A stretch of DNA of 64,000 bases from a virus (Duplodnaviria > Caudoviricetes). Of the stretch, positions 44,231-54,283 are shown one piece after another (within the stretch, counting starts at the first letter, position 1; every line of letters begins with the position of its first letter). Location of the stretch: IMG/VR virus record IMGVR_UViG_3300021170_000017, positions 1,545-65,544 of that record. One strand, written 5' to 3'. Below the pieces are notes generated by a model that worked only from the letters and a program-made list of their open reading frames with translations, made no database searches and was not told the origin of the DNA. Both the position numbers and the translations under genes were made by a program.

Positions 44231-45523
44231 TTACTGCCTCGTCAGCGGGCCGCTGCTCACCTGAGTGGGCTGGCCATCGATGCCGATGGTCCACTTCCCC
44301 TGCGCGCCGAAGTCGCGAACCATGCCCGGCTTCAAGCCCTGCAGAGCCTGGGGCGGTGGCTTGTTGCCCGGCTGCACAATGGGCGCGTTCGCTTTGGTGA
44401 CCGCGCCGGCGCCGTACTGATCCAAGATGTACTGGTCGGCGACGCGCTTCGCCTTCTCATCATCGCCCATCGTCGCCTGCATCACCGACTTATAGATCGC
44501 CGCATGGTCCGCGTTGACACTGCCGGTCTTGGGCTTGAACGCAATCTTGGCGGCCGTGTCCTGGTCCATGCCGAGCACATTGGTCAGGTACTTGTGGGTG
44601 CGCACCGCGGCGGGGTCCTGGTTCGACTTGTCGATCCCGGAACCGGCTTCCTTGCCGAGTACTCGTCCCTGGAAGGGCTTGCCGTCGATGCCGGTCACGG
44701 GCTCCGCGTGCGCATGGCCGTCCTCATCACGCACCAGCGTGTGAATGACGCCACCGGGCCCGACCGCGTAGGTGGCGGCGCCCATCCCGGCGGATTTGGT
44801 GGCCGTGGCGCCAGCGATGTCCTTGAAGGCGCCGGCCACGTTCTTGGTCTCGGTCGTCTCATCGAGATTGCGCTTCTCCTGAGCGGCCATCGCGGCGGCC
44901 GGCGTACCGATCCCGGCCTGTTCTTTCGCGCGCGCGGTCTCGATACCCTGCGCCTGCGTGTCATACGCCTTCTGCTTGTCCGCAATCTGTCCCTGGTTGG
45001 CGTCGTGCTGATCGGACATGACGCCCGCGAGCACCGCGCCCTGGTTGGTCGTCGCCGGCGCGGAGGCTTTCATGAGGTGCAGGCCGAATTCGAGCAGCGC
45101 CGCGAACTTCTCCTTCTTGGTCTGCGGTTCATCGTCCGACGGGCGAGCGCCCATCTGGGACTTCATGTTGTCGTACTTCTCGTCGATGTCGCCGTGCTGC
45201 TTCTGCCACCAATCCATGTAGTCGGTGCGCGACTGCGGCTTCATGGCATTCAAGAGGTCCAACGTGGTCTGGGCCTTGGCGAGCTTCTTGGGGTCGTACT
45301 CGGGCTTGACGTCTGGAGTGGCGATCTCGCCCTTGCCCGTGCCCTGCTGGATGGTGCGGCCCGGCTGCGGCTGTGACAGCGGGGGAGCCGCGCCGGCGCC
45401 GGGTGCGGCTGGCTGCGACGGGGAGGCGGCGGGACCCGGCGGCTGGCCACCCTGAATGGGCGGCATCGACGGCTGCTGGACGTCGGAGAGGTCCGGATCG
45501 GGAGCGATGGTGCCGGCGGCCAT
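44231..45523 (-). CDS. Putative internal virion/ejection protein
   Basis: Position between the DNA-transfer-like gene and the giant protein; ALLEFGLHLM motif; helical and low-complexity. Confidence 0.6.
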   Translation of the reverse strand: MAAGTIAPDPDLSDVQQPSMPPIQGGQPPGPAASPSQPAAPGAGAAPPLSQPQPGRTIQQGTGKGEIATPDVKPEYDPKKLAKAQTTLDLLNAMKPQSRTDYMDWWQKQHGDIDEKYDNMKSQMGARPSDDEPQTKKEKFAALLEFGLHLMKASAPATTNQGAVLAGVMSDQHDANQGQIADKQKAYDTQAQGIETARAKEQAGIGTPAAAMAAQEKRNLDETTETKNVAGAFKDIAGATATKSAGMGAATYAVGPGGVIHTLVRDEDGHAHAEPVTGIDGKPFQGRVLGKEAGSGIDKSNQDPAAVRTHKYLTNVLGMDQDTAAKIAFKPKTGSVNADHAAIYKSVMQATMGDDEKAKRVADQYILDQYGAGAVTKANAPIVQPGNKPPPQALQGLKPGMVRDFGAQGKWTIGIDGQPTQVSSGPLTRQ

Positions 45524-45526
45524 GGC

Positions 45527-46570
45527 CTAGCCCCCCTCGATCGATGGCATGGTGGGCGCTTGACCCGGGTCGACCGTGATGTTGGAGAGACTGTTCGAAC
45601 CCGTGGTCGCACCCGAATCGTACATCCCCGCGCCAGAAGACCCCATCGGCGGCGCACCCGAGCCGCTCGAGGAGCCGCCACCGAAGAGGCCGGCAACCGT
45701 GGAACCCAACCCCAGCAACTGATTCGCCGTGTTCGACTGAATGGCCGGCGTCTGCGCGGGACTGCCCTTGGCACTGCCGACCGCAGAGATCAGCGAGCCC
45801 AACTGCTGCGCGCTCCAGTTCTGCTGACGCATGAACTGCGCGTACTGATTCGAGAGGTCGGTCTGGGCGATCACCTGGGCGACACCGCCCGTCTTCATGA
45901 GATCGCTGATCTGCGAGGAGGTCATGTTGGTGACGTCCATCCCCGCCTGTTCGTAGGCACTGGCCGCCGCCAACTTCTGCTGGTTGTCCGACTGCCAGGT
46001 CGAGATCGCCTTGTCGTAGGCGTTGGCGTTGCCGGTCGCCGTCAACTGCCCCACGTTCAAGTTCTGATCGGCCGCGAGCTGGCCCTCTTGGATGGCCTCG
46101 CGACTATTGCCGAATGATCCCGACCCCGCCGCACCGCTCTGGATGCCAGCCAAGCTTTGCAGATACTGCTTGTTCGAGGCCGCGACCGACGCATCAGTGA
46201 CCGCGGCCGTATAGGGACTCATGTACTTGGAGGCCGTATCGGCGTTCCAACCGTTATTCGCCACCTGACTGATGAGCCCGGTCGCTTGCTGGTTGTCGCC
46301 CTGGGCGATGCCATTGGTCGCGGTCGAGGACGCCAGGCTGTATGCCTGCTGCTGATTGCCGGACATGGGCGCGGTCATCGTGCCGGTGTAGGGCGTGAAC
46401 GGCTGTTGGGCGACGTTCTCCGCCTGGTTCAACATGCTGCCTTGCGCGCCCGCCAACTGCGCCGCGCCGGCGTTGTTCTTCTTGGCCGCCGATGCGGCCG
46501 ACTGGTTGCTGGCGATGCTCTCGCCCGCGTCGATCGCCGCGATACCTGCTGAGACCCATCCGGCTGGCAT
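45527..46570 (-). CDS. DNA transfer/ejection (pilot-like) protein
   Basis: Q/A/G/S-rich. PFTPYTG..APMS..QQQA, YMSPYT, GSFGNSR, QLLGLG are typical of podovirus ejection proteins. Confidence 0.75.
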   Translation of the reverse strand: MPAGWVSAGIAAIDAGESIASNQSAASAAKKNNAGAAQLAGAQGSMLNQAENVAQQPFTPYTGTMTAPMSGNQQQAYSLASSTATNGIAQGDNQQATGLISQVANNGWNADTASKYMSPYTAAVTDASVAASNKQYLQSLAGIQSGAAGSGSFGNSREAIQEGQLAADQNLNVGQLTATGNANAYDKAISTWQSDNQQKLAAASAYEQAGMDVTNMTSSQISDLMKTGGVAQVIAQTDLSNQYAQFMRQQNWSAQQLGSLISAVGSAKGSPAQTPAIQSNTANQLLGLGSTVAGLFGGGSSSGSGAPPMGSSGAGMYDSGATTGSNSLSNITVDPGQAPTMPSIEGG

Positions 46571-46572
46571 TG

Positions 46573-47223
46573 TTACCCTGCCTCGGCAGGCGGCGCGGCG
46601 CCCGCATAGTGATAGTCGTAGCACACCGGCTGCTGCAGTCGCATGCAGATGATGAGCGTGATCCGCTCCTCGTTCGTCGGGTTCTCGACCCAGTGCGTCT
46701 TCGAGTTATCGAAGGCGAAGAGATCGCCGGGCTTGGTCTCGAGTTTGTAGCCCTCGTAACAGAACTTCTGGCCCTTGGCCGCCTTGATCTGGACGCCGAA
46801 TTTGAGGTAATGCTCGGCGTGCCAGCCCTTGTCGATGTGCTTGCCGACGCTGCACTTGGGCGGTATGCGCGTAATCAGCACCATGCCTAACCGCTCGGCG
46901 TAGAACATGCGCATGAGATCGAACACCAGCGGTTGCAGGTACGGTAGTTTGTCGTACGCGCCCCACCACACCGATTCATGCTCGCCGTTGAAGGCCGCGC
47001 GATCGCCCGTCCAGTCCTTCCAATCACGGAAGCGGCAGATGATGTCGGAGATCTTCTGGTGCGGGTTGCCGCCGTAACTGCCCTCGGTACGGAACACGTT
47101 CTGGTCCCAGAGCTCAGGCGCAGCATCCAACTGCTGGATCAATGGGGCCACCACCACATTGCGGTGCAGGATGCGGATAGGGCGCTGAATCTTGGTGACG
47201 CTGACTTTGAGTCTGGCGTTCAT
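46573..47223 (-). CDS. Aspartyl/asparaginyl beta-hydroxylase-like 2OG-Fe(II) oxygenase
   Basis: ERLGMVLITRIPP..KHIDKG (HxD)..FDNSKTHWVEN..ERITLI (distal His and 2OG-binding Arg). Confidence 0.85.
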   Translation of the reverse strand: MNARLKVSVTKIQRPIRILHRNVVVAPLIQQLDAAPELWDQNVFRTEGSYGGNPHQKISDIICRFRDWKDWTGDRAAFNGEHESVWWGAYDKLPYLQPLVFDLMRMFYAERLGMVLITRIPPKCSVGKHIDKGWHAEHYLKFGVQIKAAKGQKFCYEGYKLETKPGDLFAFDNSKTHWVENPTNEERITLIICMRLQQPVCYDYHYAGAAPPAEAG

Positions 47224-47747
47224 GCACATGCCTCGATGAGTCGTTTGCGGAAGTCCCGTACACGGACGGGGTCTATCCGGACTTTATCGAAGCAAGGCTC
47301 GACGTGCATCTCGCAGAGCTGCGCATGGCGGTGCTCGTCGAAGTTCCGCTGCACCAGGTGCTCATAGATCGGCCGCGCCGTGACCGCGTTGAACAGGTCC
47401 TCATACTGCACGTGCATGCCCTCGAGGCGCTCGAGCGCGCCGCGCCAGAGCGAGCCCAGCGGGGTCAGACCCAGCGTGACCAGCGAGCGGTTCACGTCGT
47501 CCAAGTCACGGTGCACGATCACCTTGCGGGCTGGATGCGTGTTGACGAACGCCGGCAGGAGACCTAAGGCCGTGCAGGAGATGCCGAGCATGCGCCCGAC
47601 GTGGATCTGGTCCAAGAGCTCGGGACGGTGTTCGAAGACGGGGTCGTGCAGGCAGAGCGAATGCTCGGTCGTGAGCCAATTGGCCGCCCAGGTGCTTGCG
47701 GAGCGAGGCGCACTCAAGACCATGAACTTGACCAAGGAGGTCTCCAC
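47220..47747 (-). CDS. Sulfotransferase-like P-loop protein
   Basis: FMVLSAPRSASTWAANWL (5'-PSB-like), CLHDP, VIVHRDLDDVNRSL (3'-PB-like), VQYEDL. Confidence 0.65.
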   Translation of the reverse strand: METSLVKFMVLSAPRSASTWAANWLTTEHSLCLHDPVFEHRPELLDQIHVGRMLGISCTALGLLPAFVNTHPARKVIVHRDLDDVNRSLVTLGLTPLGSLWRGALERLEGMHVQYEDLFNAVTARPIYEHLVQRNFDEHRHAQLCEMHVEPCFDKVRIDPVRVRDFRKRLIEACA

Positions 47748-47793
47748 ATCACGCTGATGGGCAGCGCGGACGGGAGGAGCTTACGGGCGCGGG

Positions 47794-48183
47794 CTAGTTC
47801 GAGGGAATGCCAGTGGCGGGCTTGTCGAACCCCCGATTGAGGACTTCGGCGGCCATCGATTCACGCGCGACCTGCAGCGTGACCGGCGTCTCAAGTAGCT
47901 CCCATACCTGGCCCAGCACCAGCGGCGACCACATGGCACCCGCCTGTTCCTTCAGGAATACGACTTCCTCAGCGGACAGGTCGATGTAGTGATTGGCCTG
48001 GGCGATGCGCTTGGCCAGCGCATAGGCCGTGAGCTTATCGACCGCCGACGGCAGTTTGCCGCGATCGACGAAAAGCGCGGTGCGTACCAAAGCGGTTCGC
48101 AGCGTGTAGCCGGCAACGTCCTGGGCATCCGTGATCTGGACGCCAGCCAGGTCTTTCAAGGCGAGGGTGAGGTCGTATCGCAT
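47794..48183 (-). CDS. Tail fibre assembly chaperone-like protein
   Basis: DKLTAYALAKRI..IDLSAEEVVFLKE..WSPLVLGQVWELLE; directly after a tail fibre. Confidence 0.65.
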   Translation of the reverse strand: MRYDLTLALKDLAGVQITDAQDVAGYTLRTALVRTALFVDRGKLPSAVDKLTAYALAKRIAQANHYIDLSAEEVVFLKEQAGAMWSPLVLGQVWELLETPVTLQVARESMAAEVLNRGFDKPATGIPSN

Positions 48184-48193
48184 GGGCGCGATA

Positions 48194-50062
48194 TTACACG
48201 CCCCACTTGGCGTTGAGGTAGTTCTCGACGTTGGTGATCTCGGTGTTGGTCAGGATCCGGTTGTACACGATGAGTGCCGCGATCGATCCATTGAGCGGGC
48301 TGCTGTTGCTAACATCAGCACCGATCAAATCGGTGTATTCGCCTGAAGTATTGCCTGCCCCGGTCGTCCCTGTCCCGCTGCCGGCGGCCGCACGACCCTG
48401 CCGGAAGACGTAGGCGCCCGAGGTCGCGTTGTAGGTGACGTTGGCCTGAAATGGCGTGCCAGACACCCACGCGGTAGAAGATGAACCAATCACTGCAGCG
48501 CCTGTCTTTACGAGACCAATTTTTGCCGTCCCCCCGACGGACACCAAATACAGAGATAGCGCCCCGGTATTACCGCCAGTAATCGCTTGCGTGGCCGCGC
48601 TTGTATTCGGATTGGCTACGATGAAGAAAGTGCCAGCATTCCCGCTAAACCAAAAGCCCCCAGAGCCGATACTGTTGGTGGCACTCACTGGAGCGGGAAT
48701 AGCGTAGCGCCCAGCAAGCGTTCCCGGCCATTTCAGAGCAACGAGTCCATTGATTTTGTTGGAATCAATTACCACCCCAGCCCCGTCGCCGCTCGACGCA
48801 GCAAATGCCAACCCGCCTATCCAGGGGGTTCGCTCACGCATACGCGAAATTGCGGTGCCCGCAGCGCCTAGGATGTCGTCCGACTCCCACCAGAGCATGA
48901 GGTCGGGGATGGTGCCGGGCAGCGCCGGCGAGGCCGCTGCGATCGTGACCGTGGCGTTAGGCGTGCTGCCACTTACCGTCGCCCCGGAGAAGGTCAGGCT
49001 GGTCGTGCCGGCCACCGTATGCGTGCCATCGGTGACGCTCAGCGATCCGCCGCCGGTCCCCACTGCGGACGCCAGTTGCAGTTCATAGAGTTGGCCGCCG
49101 GCCATGACCTGCAGGTACGGATTGCTCGAGCCGCCGAGCGGATACGCCACCATCACGTCCAGGCCGTTGTAGGTGAAGTTATTGGCCGAGATCCCCACCG
49201 TGTCGACGACTTCGGCGATGCGCTGCACGTAGAGCCAATTCTCACCGTCCGAGCCGATCGTATAGCCCGGGTCGGGATCCGCGACCGAGGCCCACATCTC
49301 CTGGCCCGGTTCCACGTGCAACCGCCACGTCCCCTCGTCCGTGATGTCGTTGACGTTCTGGATCCGGTCCTCAACGCCTTCCGGCCCGAATTGCTCGAGG
49401 TTGCCGGTCAAGTCGATATCGCTGCCGGACACCAGGCCAGAAGAGAAGGTCTGCAGCCCGCTGAAGGTGTTGGGGGCACCGACCAGAGCGTACTGCGGAT
49501 GGTCGTCGGCCAGCAGGTTCAAGAGATTGCTGTGGTTCAACTGATGGTCGTTGACCGCGATGCTGCCGCTCATGAGCGTGATGCCGTTGCCGGCGATCGC
49601 CCACCGCAGGCCACCGGCGCCGCCATTCGCGAGCGGATCCCACATGATCAGCGCATCGTTCCCAGGATTGCTCAACCCCAGCCCCGTGGCGAGCGGCTCC
49701 GCCGACCAATAGCCGTTGACGAACGTGATCACATCGCCATTGACGGGAGCGGCGAAGGTACCGGGGTCGGTATCGGCGATCTGCGCGAAGGTTAGGAAGC
49801 CGAAATGTGCAGTCGTCGGCGATTCGGCAATGAGCACCTGGCCTGCCTGGAGGCCGGCGACGGTGTGATCAGGCCCTAAGCCGGTCTGGTCCGCGAGCTC
49901 GTGGACGGCGACGCCGACCGGCGTCGTGCTCGAGGTCTGATTGGCGAGCAGGTTGACCGCGCCGATGACTTGCTGCAGCGACTGGACGAGCTGGTTGCCT
50001 TTGACCTTGTCCCAGGCGTCGCCGAACTGGATGTCGAGGTTGCCGACCTTCTTGCCTGGCAT
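48194..50062 (-). CDS. Tail fibre/receptor-binding protein with C-terminal LamG-like domain
   Basis: HSNLLNLLADDHPQY fibre motif. IPDLMLWWESDDI..GSIAALIVYNRILTNTEITNVENYLNAKWGV. Confidence 0.75.
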   Translation of the reverse strand: MPGKKVGNLDIQFGDAWDKVKGNQLVQSLQQVIGAVNLLANQTSSTTPVGVAVHELADQTGLGPDHTVAGLQAGQVLIAESPTTAHFGFLTFAQIADTDPGTFAAPVNGDVITFVNGYWSAEPLATGLGLSNPGNDALIMWDPLANGGAGGLRWAIAGNGITLMSGSIAVNDHQLNHSNLLNLLADDHPQYALVGAPNTFSGLQTFSSGLVSGSDIDLTGNLEQFGPEGVEDRIQNVNDITDEGTWRLHVEPGQEMWASVADPDPGYTIGSDGENWLYVQRIAEVVDTVGISANNFTYNGLDVMVAYPLGGSSNPYLQVMAGGQLYELQLASAVGTGGGSLSVTDGTHTVAGTTSLTFSGATVSGSTPNATVTIAAASPALPGTIPDLMLWWESDDILGAAGTAISRMRERTPWIGGLAFAASSGDGAGVVIDSNKINGLVALKWPGTLAGRYAIPAPVSATNSIGSGGFWFSGNAGTFFIVANPNTSAATQAITGGNTGALSLYLVSVGGTAKIGLVKTGAAVIGSSSTAWVSGTPFQANVTYNATSGAYVFRQGRAAAGSGTGTTGAGNTSGEYTDLIGADVSNSSPLNGSIAALIVYNRILTNTEITNVENYLNAKWGV

Positions 50063-50065
50063 GGG

Positions 50066-53000
50066 CTACCGCTTCGCGTAGGGCGTCGCCAAGCCCTGCC
50101 AAATTCCCATCCTGAAACTCGAACCCAAGGAGGGCGCGCCGCCCGGGCCCGTGTAGTTGTCCAATTGGATGACCACCTGGCTGCCGTGCGCGTCGATGTC
50201 GATCTGCCCCGTGGTTTCGGTGAACAGCACCGGGCCCTCCTGGACGTAGGTCTGATCCTGCGGCCGGTCCTTGGTCAGGAGCGTCAGGTTCATGGAGCCG
50301 GTCATGTAGGCCCAGTCCGGCAGCATCGAGCGAATCAGCAAATGACTGTCCGAGCCGCCGATGGCGAAGCGCGCATCCGACCCGCCCATGGTGTACTCGC
50401 TTTTGGCGCCGCCGACCGTGATGTCTAAGGACTTCATGAAGAAGCCGATCGCTTGCGTGCCAAACGCTTCGACCGCATCGATGCCGACCTCGTGCTGGTA
50501 GAGATACCCAGCATTCACCCCGTAGGGATAGCCGTTCATGGCCGGCGCGCGTCCCGCCGCGCAGGTGCGCTGCCAGTACCCGTAGAACCAGGTGCCGTCT
50601 TCCCAGTTGAAGGTCACATAGCGGTCATTGCCGATGAAGAGCGCGGTACCCGCCGCGATGGGGCTCACCAGCGGCAAGTTCCAGGTGGCGTTCGTCTGAC
50701 CATTGGTCAAAAGCACCGGCCGCGACTCCTGGTCCGAGAACTGCAGTTCGTAGTACCCCGTGCGCCCGGTCCACGCCGTGGTGAGGCTGCCGGAGGTCGC
50801 CCACTGCTGGAGGATGCCGTTGAAGGTCACGGTAAAGGCGCCGTCGATCGACTGGTAGAGCCAGGTGATCTCGGTCTTGGGTTCGTAGGTGTAGCAGACG
50901 ACGCCTTCGGACTGTGCACGGTTCAAAGCCGTATGGAAGCCGGTGCTGTCGACGTAACTGGGGTCGAACACCGTCTCCCAGACATCGCAGGCTTGCAGAT
51001 TCAGCGTGCCTGAGTAGTTGTAGAAATTGTCGAAGCCCCAGAAGTAGGCGACGCCGTCGACGTCGACTGCAGCGTTCGGCCCCACGATGGTCACGCCACC
51101 CGCGGGGATGAAGTCGTACTCGTCCGGCTCACCCACGAACACCATGCGGTAGAGCGTGGTGTCGGTCCAGATCAGGTTCTGGCCCTTGGTCTTCAGGCCC
51201 GTGACGATCCGCGAGCCCGCGGTCAGGAGGTCATCGCCGGCGGTGTTGATGTCGGTCGGTACCCAGTCGGTGATGTCGTCGAACGAGCACCAGCGCACGA
51301 GGAGCGGATCGAAGGCCGAGGTCACATCGGTGCAGCCCAAGGCGATGATCACCCGCTGCTGGGCGTCGACAATGACGCGCTGGCACCCGGTCGGCGCCAA
51401 GGGGATGATCCCGGCCCGGCTGTTAGGTCCCGTGTTCCGCTGCCACCAGTAGATCTCGCCATCCGACTGCGAGGCGATCAGGTCCTGGCCATAGTTGTCG
51501 AGCGACCAAGTGCGCATGCGCGCGAACACTCCAGTACCGATGGCGCGCGCCGTGCCGTAGGTGCCGGCGCCATACAACCCCGTGCCGTAGCCCAAGAGCT
51601 GGCCATTCGCCGGCAGGCCCGTGGTGATCTCATAGGCAATCGAGAAATTGCCGCCGCCAGTCGCGCTCGAGACCGCCGGCGACGCCGCGAAGATGGTGTA
51701 GGTGTTGGGGTCGATAACCGAGAGCTCATAGCTACCGAGTAGTTGCAGGCCGCCGACCGGGGAGGCACCGATGATGTCGATGAAATCCCCGCTGTTCGCC
51801 TGATGTCCTGGGTCCACGATGCTGACGATGTTCGAGTTCGCGAACGTGGTGAGCGCATTGACGACGTTCGAGGTCTTCCTCTGCGGCGTGATGTCGTAGA
51901 GCGTCCCCTGGTTGACGACGTAGAGCTTTAAGTTTGTGCCGATGGCAATCCAGTACTGGCCATCGAGCGAGCTCCAATCATGGAGATCTCGAGCGAGACC
52001 CGCATAGATAGACGAGGAGAAGCCGGAGGGCGGCGTCGAACTCCCCGTGGTGTTGGGCAGGCCCAGGGTATTTTCGGCCGTGGCCGGCGTGTAGGTGGTC
52101 GTATAGAGCGCCAGGCGCGTCAATCGTACCTCGTCGATCGCGCCGGCGAAGGACGTGGTCCAGCCGCCCGCCACCGCCATGCTGCCACCGGCCGGGCCGA
52201 TGTTGCCCGCGTAGGAGAGCGTTCCGGCCGAGACTCCCCCGATGTAGAGGGTGAAGGTCCCGCCCTGCCGGACCAGCGCGACATCGGTCCAAGTGTTGAG
52301 CGCAACCGCGCCGCTGGTGATGTTGCCGTAACTGGATCCGGTCCAGATGAAGGCTTTGACCGTGCCCGCCGCCGTGTACTCGAGGTAGAAGCCGGCGGTG
52401 TCACCGTTCGAAGCGTCGAACAGCAGGCCCAGGACCGCCGAGGTCGGGTAGATCCAGAACTCCAAGGTGAAGTCGGTCTGCGACAAGTCCAAGGGCGTGC
52501 CCACCGTCACCGGCGTCGAGACTTCCGCGGTAGCCCCGTCCGACTGCAGCGCGCCGTTGCCGAACTTCGGCGTCGCGCTGTCCGAGGTCGCGGTCGAGCT
52601 CGCCGTCATCGGCCAGTTGTAGAAGGACGCATCGCTCGGCACCAAGGTCGAGCCGCCGATGTTGGGCGACAGCGGCCCGGCCGGCGCGTAGTTCGAGGTG
52701 TAAACCGCGGCCTTCGAGACCCGCACTTCGTCCAAGTTGAAGGGCGCGAAAGTCACGGAGGGCGCGCCACCGAACAGCACTCCCGTGGGCGAGGTCGGGC
52801 TATTGGTGCCCCAGTTGGTGGCCGTCGTGCCGAGCGCCGTGCCGTTCAAATAAAAAGTCGCCACCGCGCCGTGGCGCACCAGAGCGAAGGCGTACCAGGT
52901 ATTGGCCAACAGCGTGGCCACCGTATTCGAGAAGCCGGACCAGCCGCTCACATTGGTCGAGATCTGGATATCGGTGCTGTTCGGCACGGAGATGACGACA

Positions 53001-54283
53001 CCGGGCGACCCGCCGTTCATGTTGCCGTAGTCGACGATGGTGAAGACTGCGCCAAACGCCGGGGCCATGAACCAGCCTTCGATGGTGAAATCCCCGCCCG
53101 TGGGTCCGAAGAGATCGAGCGGACCGCCCGCGACAATCGCCGGGGTCGTGAGCTCGGACGAAGTTCCGCCGCCGCCCGGGAAGGAGCCCTCGCCGGCGCC
53201 GAACTTCGGGTTCGAGGTCGAGACCACCGCGGTCGTCGGCGTCATGGTGTAGTTGTTCACCGAGGAATCGATGAACTCCAAAATGTTGGGCTGCGTCGCC
53301 GGCGAGGTCAGGGGACCGCTCGGCGTGTAGTTCGCGGTATAGAGCGCGACGCCCTTCGTAATACGCAAGTCATCGAATTTGTTGCCGGCCAGTGTATTCG
53401 TCCACAGGCCGTGGCCGAGTTTCATGGTACCCCCGCCCCAGAGCAGCGGACTCGATGTCGGGGCGCCCAACGCACTCCCGACGCCATTGACGAACATGTA
53501 GAACCGATTGCCCTGCCGGCAAAAGGCGATCGCATTCCAGGCATTGGCGATCAGGGAACCACCAGGTGAGGACCCGCTGATCAATCCGGTGGGGACTACT
53601 TGGAGCTGGAAGTCCAACTGGCTGCTGTCTGGGCTGCCCGTCTGATAGAGCATGATTCCGCCATCCAAATACGACGGGCCCATGCCGATCTCGAAGATCT
53701 CGCAGTTGACACTGCTGACACTGGTCGGCCAGTACCAAAATTCGATGGTGAAATCGCCCGAGGTCAGATCAAGTGGTCCGGAAGCCGGGCATGGCACCGA
53801 GATGCTGTCGGTCGCCAGAGGGGTTATGAGCGCGCCCGTGCCGAATTCGGGGCTCGAGGTCGTCACCTGCGCCGTGCCATTCGCCGTCACCGTGAGATTG
53901 TTGGGCCCTGAATCCGGGAAGCTCGTCGAGCCGTTGGTGCCATCCATGTGCAGCAAGATCGCCACCGGCCAGGTGAGGGTCACCGGGTCCATGTGCAAGA
54001 GCAGGCTACACGGGATATTGCCGGCGACCGCGTTCAAGTGCAGCAGCAGCGTGGGCGCGCCCGGCACCAGCGTCTGATAGGTCTGCTCGCCCAGTAGCGC
54101 CTGGTACTGCCAGCCGCCTTGCTTCTCCGGCAGGAGCTTGTGCCAGCGCACCCAGGTGGAGTCTTTCCACCGGTCCCAGTTCATGTAGTTGATGCGCGTG
54201 CGCGCGCCGCGTCCGGTCGTGTTGGAGAGCACCCCGGGCCCCAGTGGGATGCTCACGTACTGCGCTTTGCGCTGGCCTGCCAC
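50066..54283 (-). CDS. Tail nozzle/DNA-stabilization-type protein with three inserted LamG domains
   Basis: N-terminal WVRW..LPEKQGGW. Core RTWSLDNYGQDLIA, DPLLVRWCS..TNTAGD-like, LIWTDT. Three DFTIEFW/W..DEVR LamG units. Confidence 0.85.
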   Translation of the reverse strand: MAGQRKAQYVSIPLGPGVLSNTTGRGARTRINYMNWDRWKDSTWVRWHKLLPEKQGGWQYQALLGEQTYQTLVPGAPTLLLHLNAVAGNIPCSLLLHMDPVTLTWPVAILLHMDGTNGSTSFPDSGPNNLTVTANGTAQVTTSSPEFGTGALITPLATDSISVPCPASGPLDLTSGDFTIEFWYWPTSVSSVNCEIFEIGMGPSYLDGGIMLYQTGSPDSSQLDFQLQVVPTGLISGSSPGGSLIANAWNAIAFCRQGNRFYMFVNGVGSALGAPTSSPLLWGGGTMKLGHGLWTNTLAGNKFDDLRITKGVALYTANYTPSGPLTSPATQPNILEFIDSSVNNYTMTPTTAVVSTSNPKFGAGEGSFPGGGGTSSELTTPAIVAGGPLDLFGPTGGDFTIEGWFMAPAFGAVFTIVDYGNMNGGSPGVVISVPNSTDIQISTNVSGWSGFSNTVATLLANTWYAFALVRHGAVATFYLNGTALGTTATNWGTNSPTSPTGVLFGGAPSVTFAPFNLDEVRVSKAAVYTSNYAPAGPLSPNIGGSTLVPSDASFYNWPMTASSTATSDSATPKFGNGALQSDGATAEVSTPVTVGTPLDLSQTDFTLEFWIYPTSAVLGLLFDASNGDTAGFYLEYTAAGTVKAFIWTGSSYGNITSGAVALNTWTDVALVRQGGTFTLYIGGVSAGTLSYAGNIGPAGGSMAVAGGWTTSFAGAIDEVRLTRLALYTTTYTPATAENTLGLPNTTGSSTPPSGFSSSIYAGLARDLHDWSSLDGQYWIAIGTNLKLYVVNQGTLYDITPQRKTSNVVNALTTFANSNIVSIVDPGHQANSGDFIDIIGASPVGGLQLLGSYELSVIDPNTYTIFAASPAVSSATGGGNFSIAYEITTGLPANGQLLGYGTGLYGAGTYGTARAIGTGVFARMRTWSLDNYGQDLIASQSDGEIYWWQRNTGPNSRAGIIPLAPTGCQRVIVDAQQRVIIALGCTDVTSAFDPLLVRWCSFDDITDWVPTDINTAGDDLLTAGSRIVTGLKTKGQNLIWTDTTLYRMVFVGEPDEYDFIPAGGVTIVGPNAAVDVDGVAYFWGFDNFYNYSGTLNLQACDVWETVFDPSYVDSTGFHTALNRAQSEGVVCYTYEPKTEITWLYQSIDGAFTVTFNGILQQWATSGSLTTAWTGRTGYYELQFSDQESRPVLLTNGQTNATWNLPLVSPIAAGTALFIGNDRYVTFNWEDGTWFYGYWQRTCAAGRAPAMNGYPYGVNAGYLYQHEVGIDAVEAFGTQAIGFFMKSLDITVGGAKSEYTMGGSDARFAIGGSDSHLLIRSMLPDWAYMTGSMNLTLLTKDRPQDQTYVQEGPVLFTETTGQIDIDAHGSQVVIQLDNYTGPGGAPSLGSSFRMGIWQGLATPYAKR

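Noticed and set aside
51980-53569. 529-aa plus-strand ORF and similar long antisense ORFs (4182-5483, 26142-27257, 54726-55976)
   Set aside because: Arg/Gly-rich shadows of portal, terL and tail genes, with no recognisable motifs.
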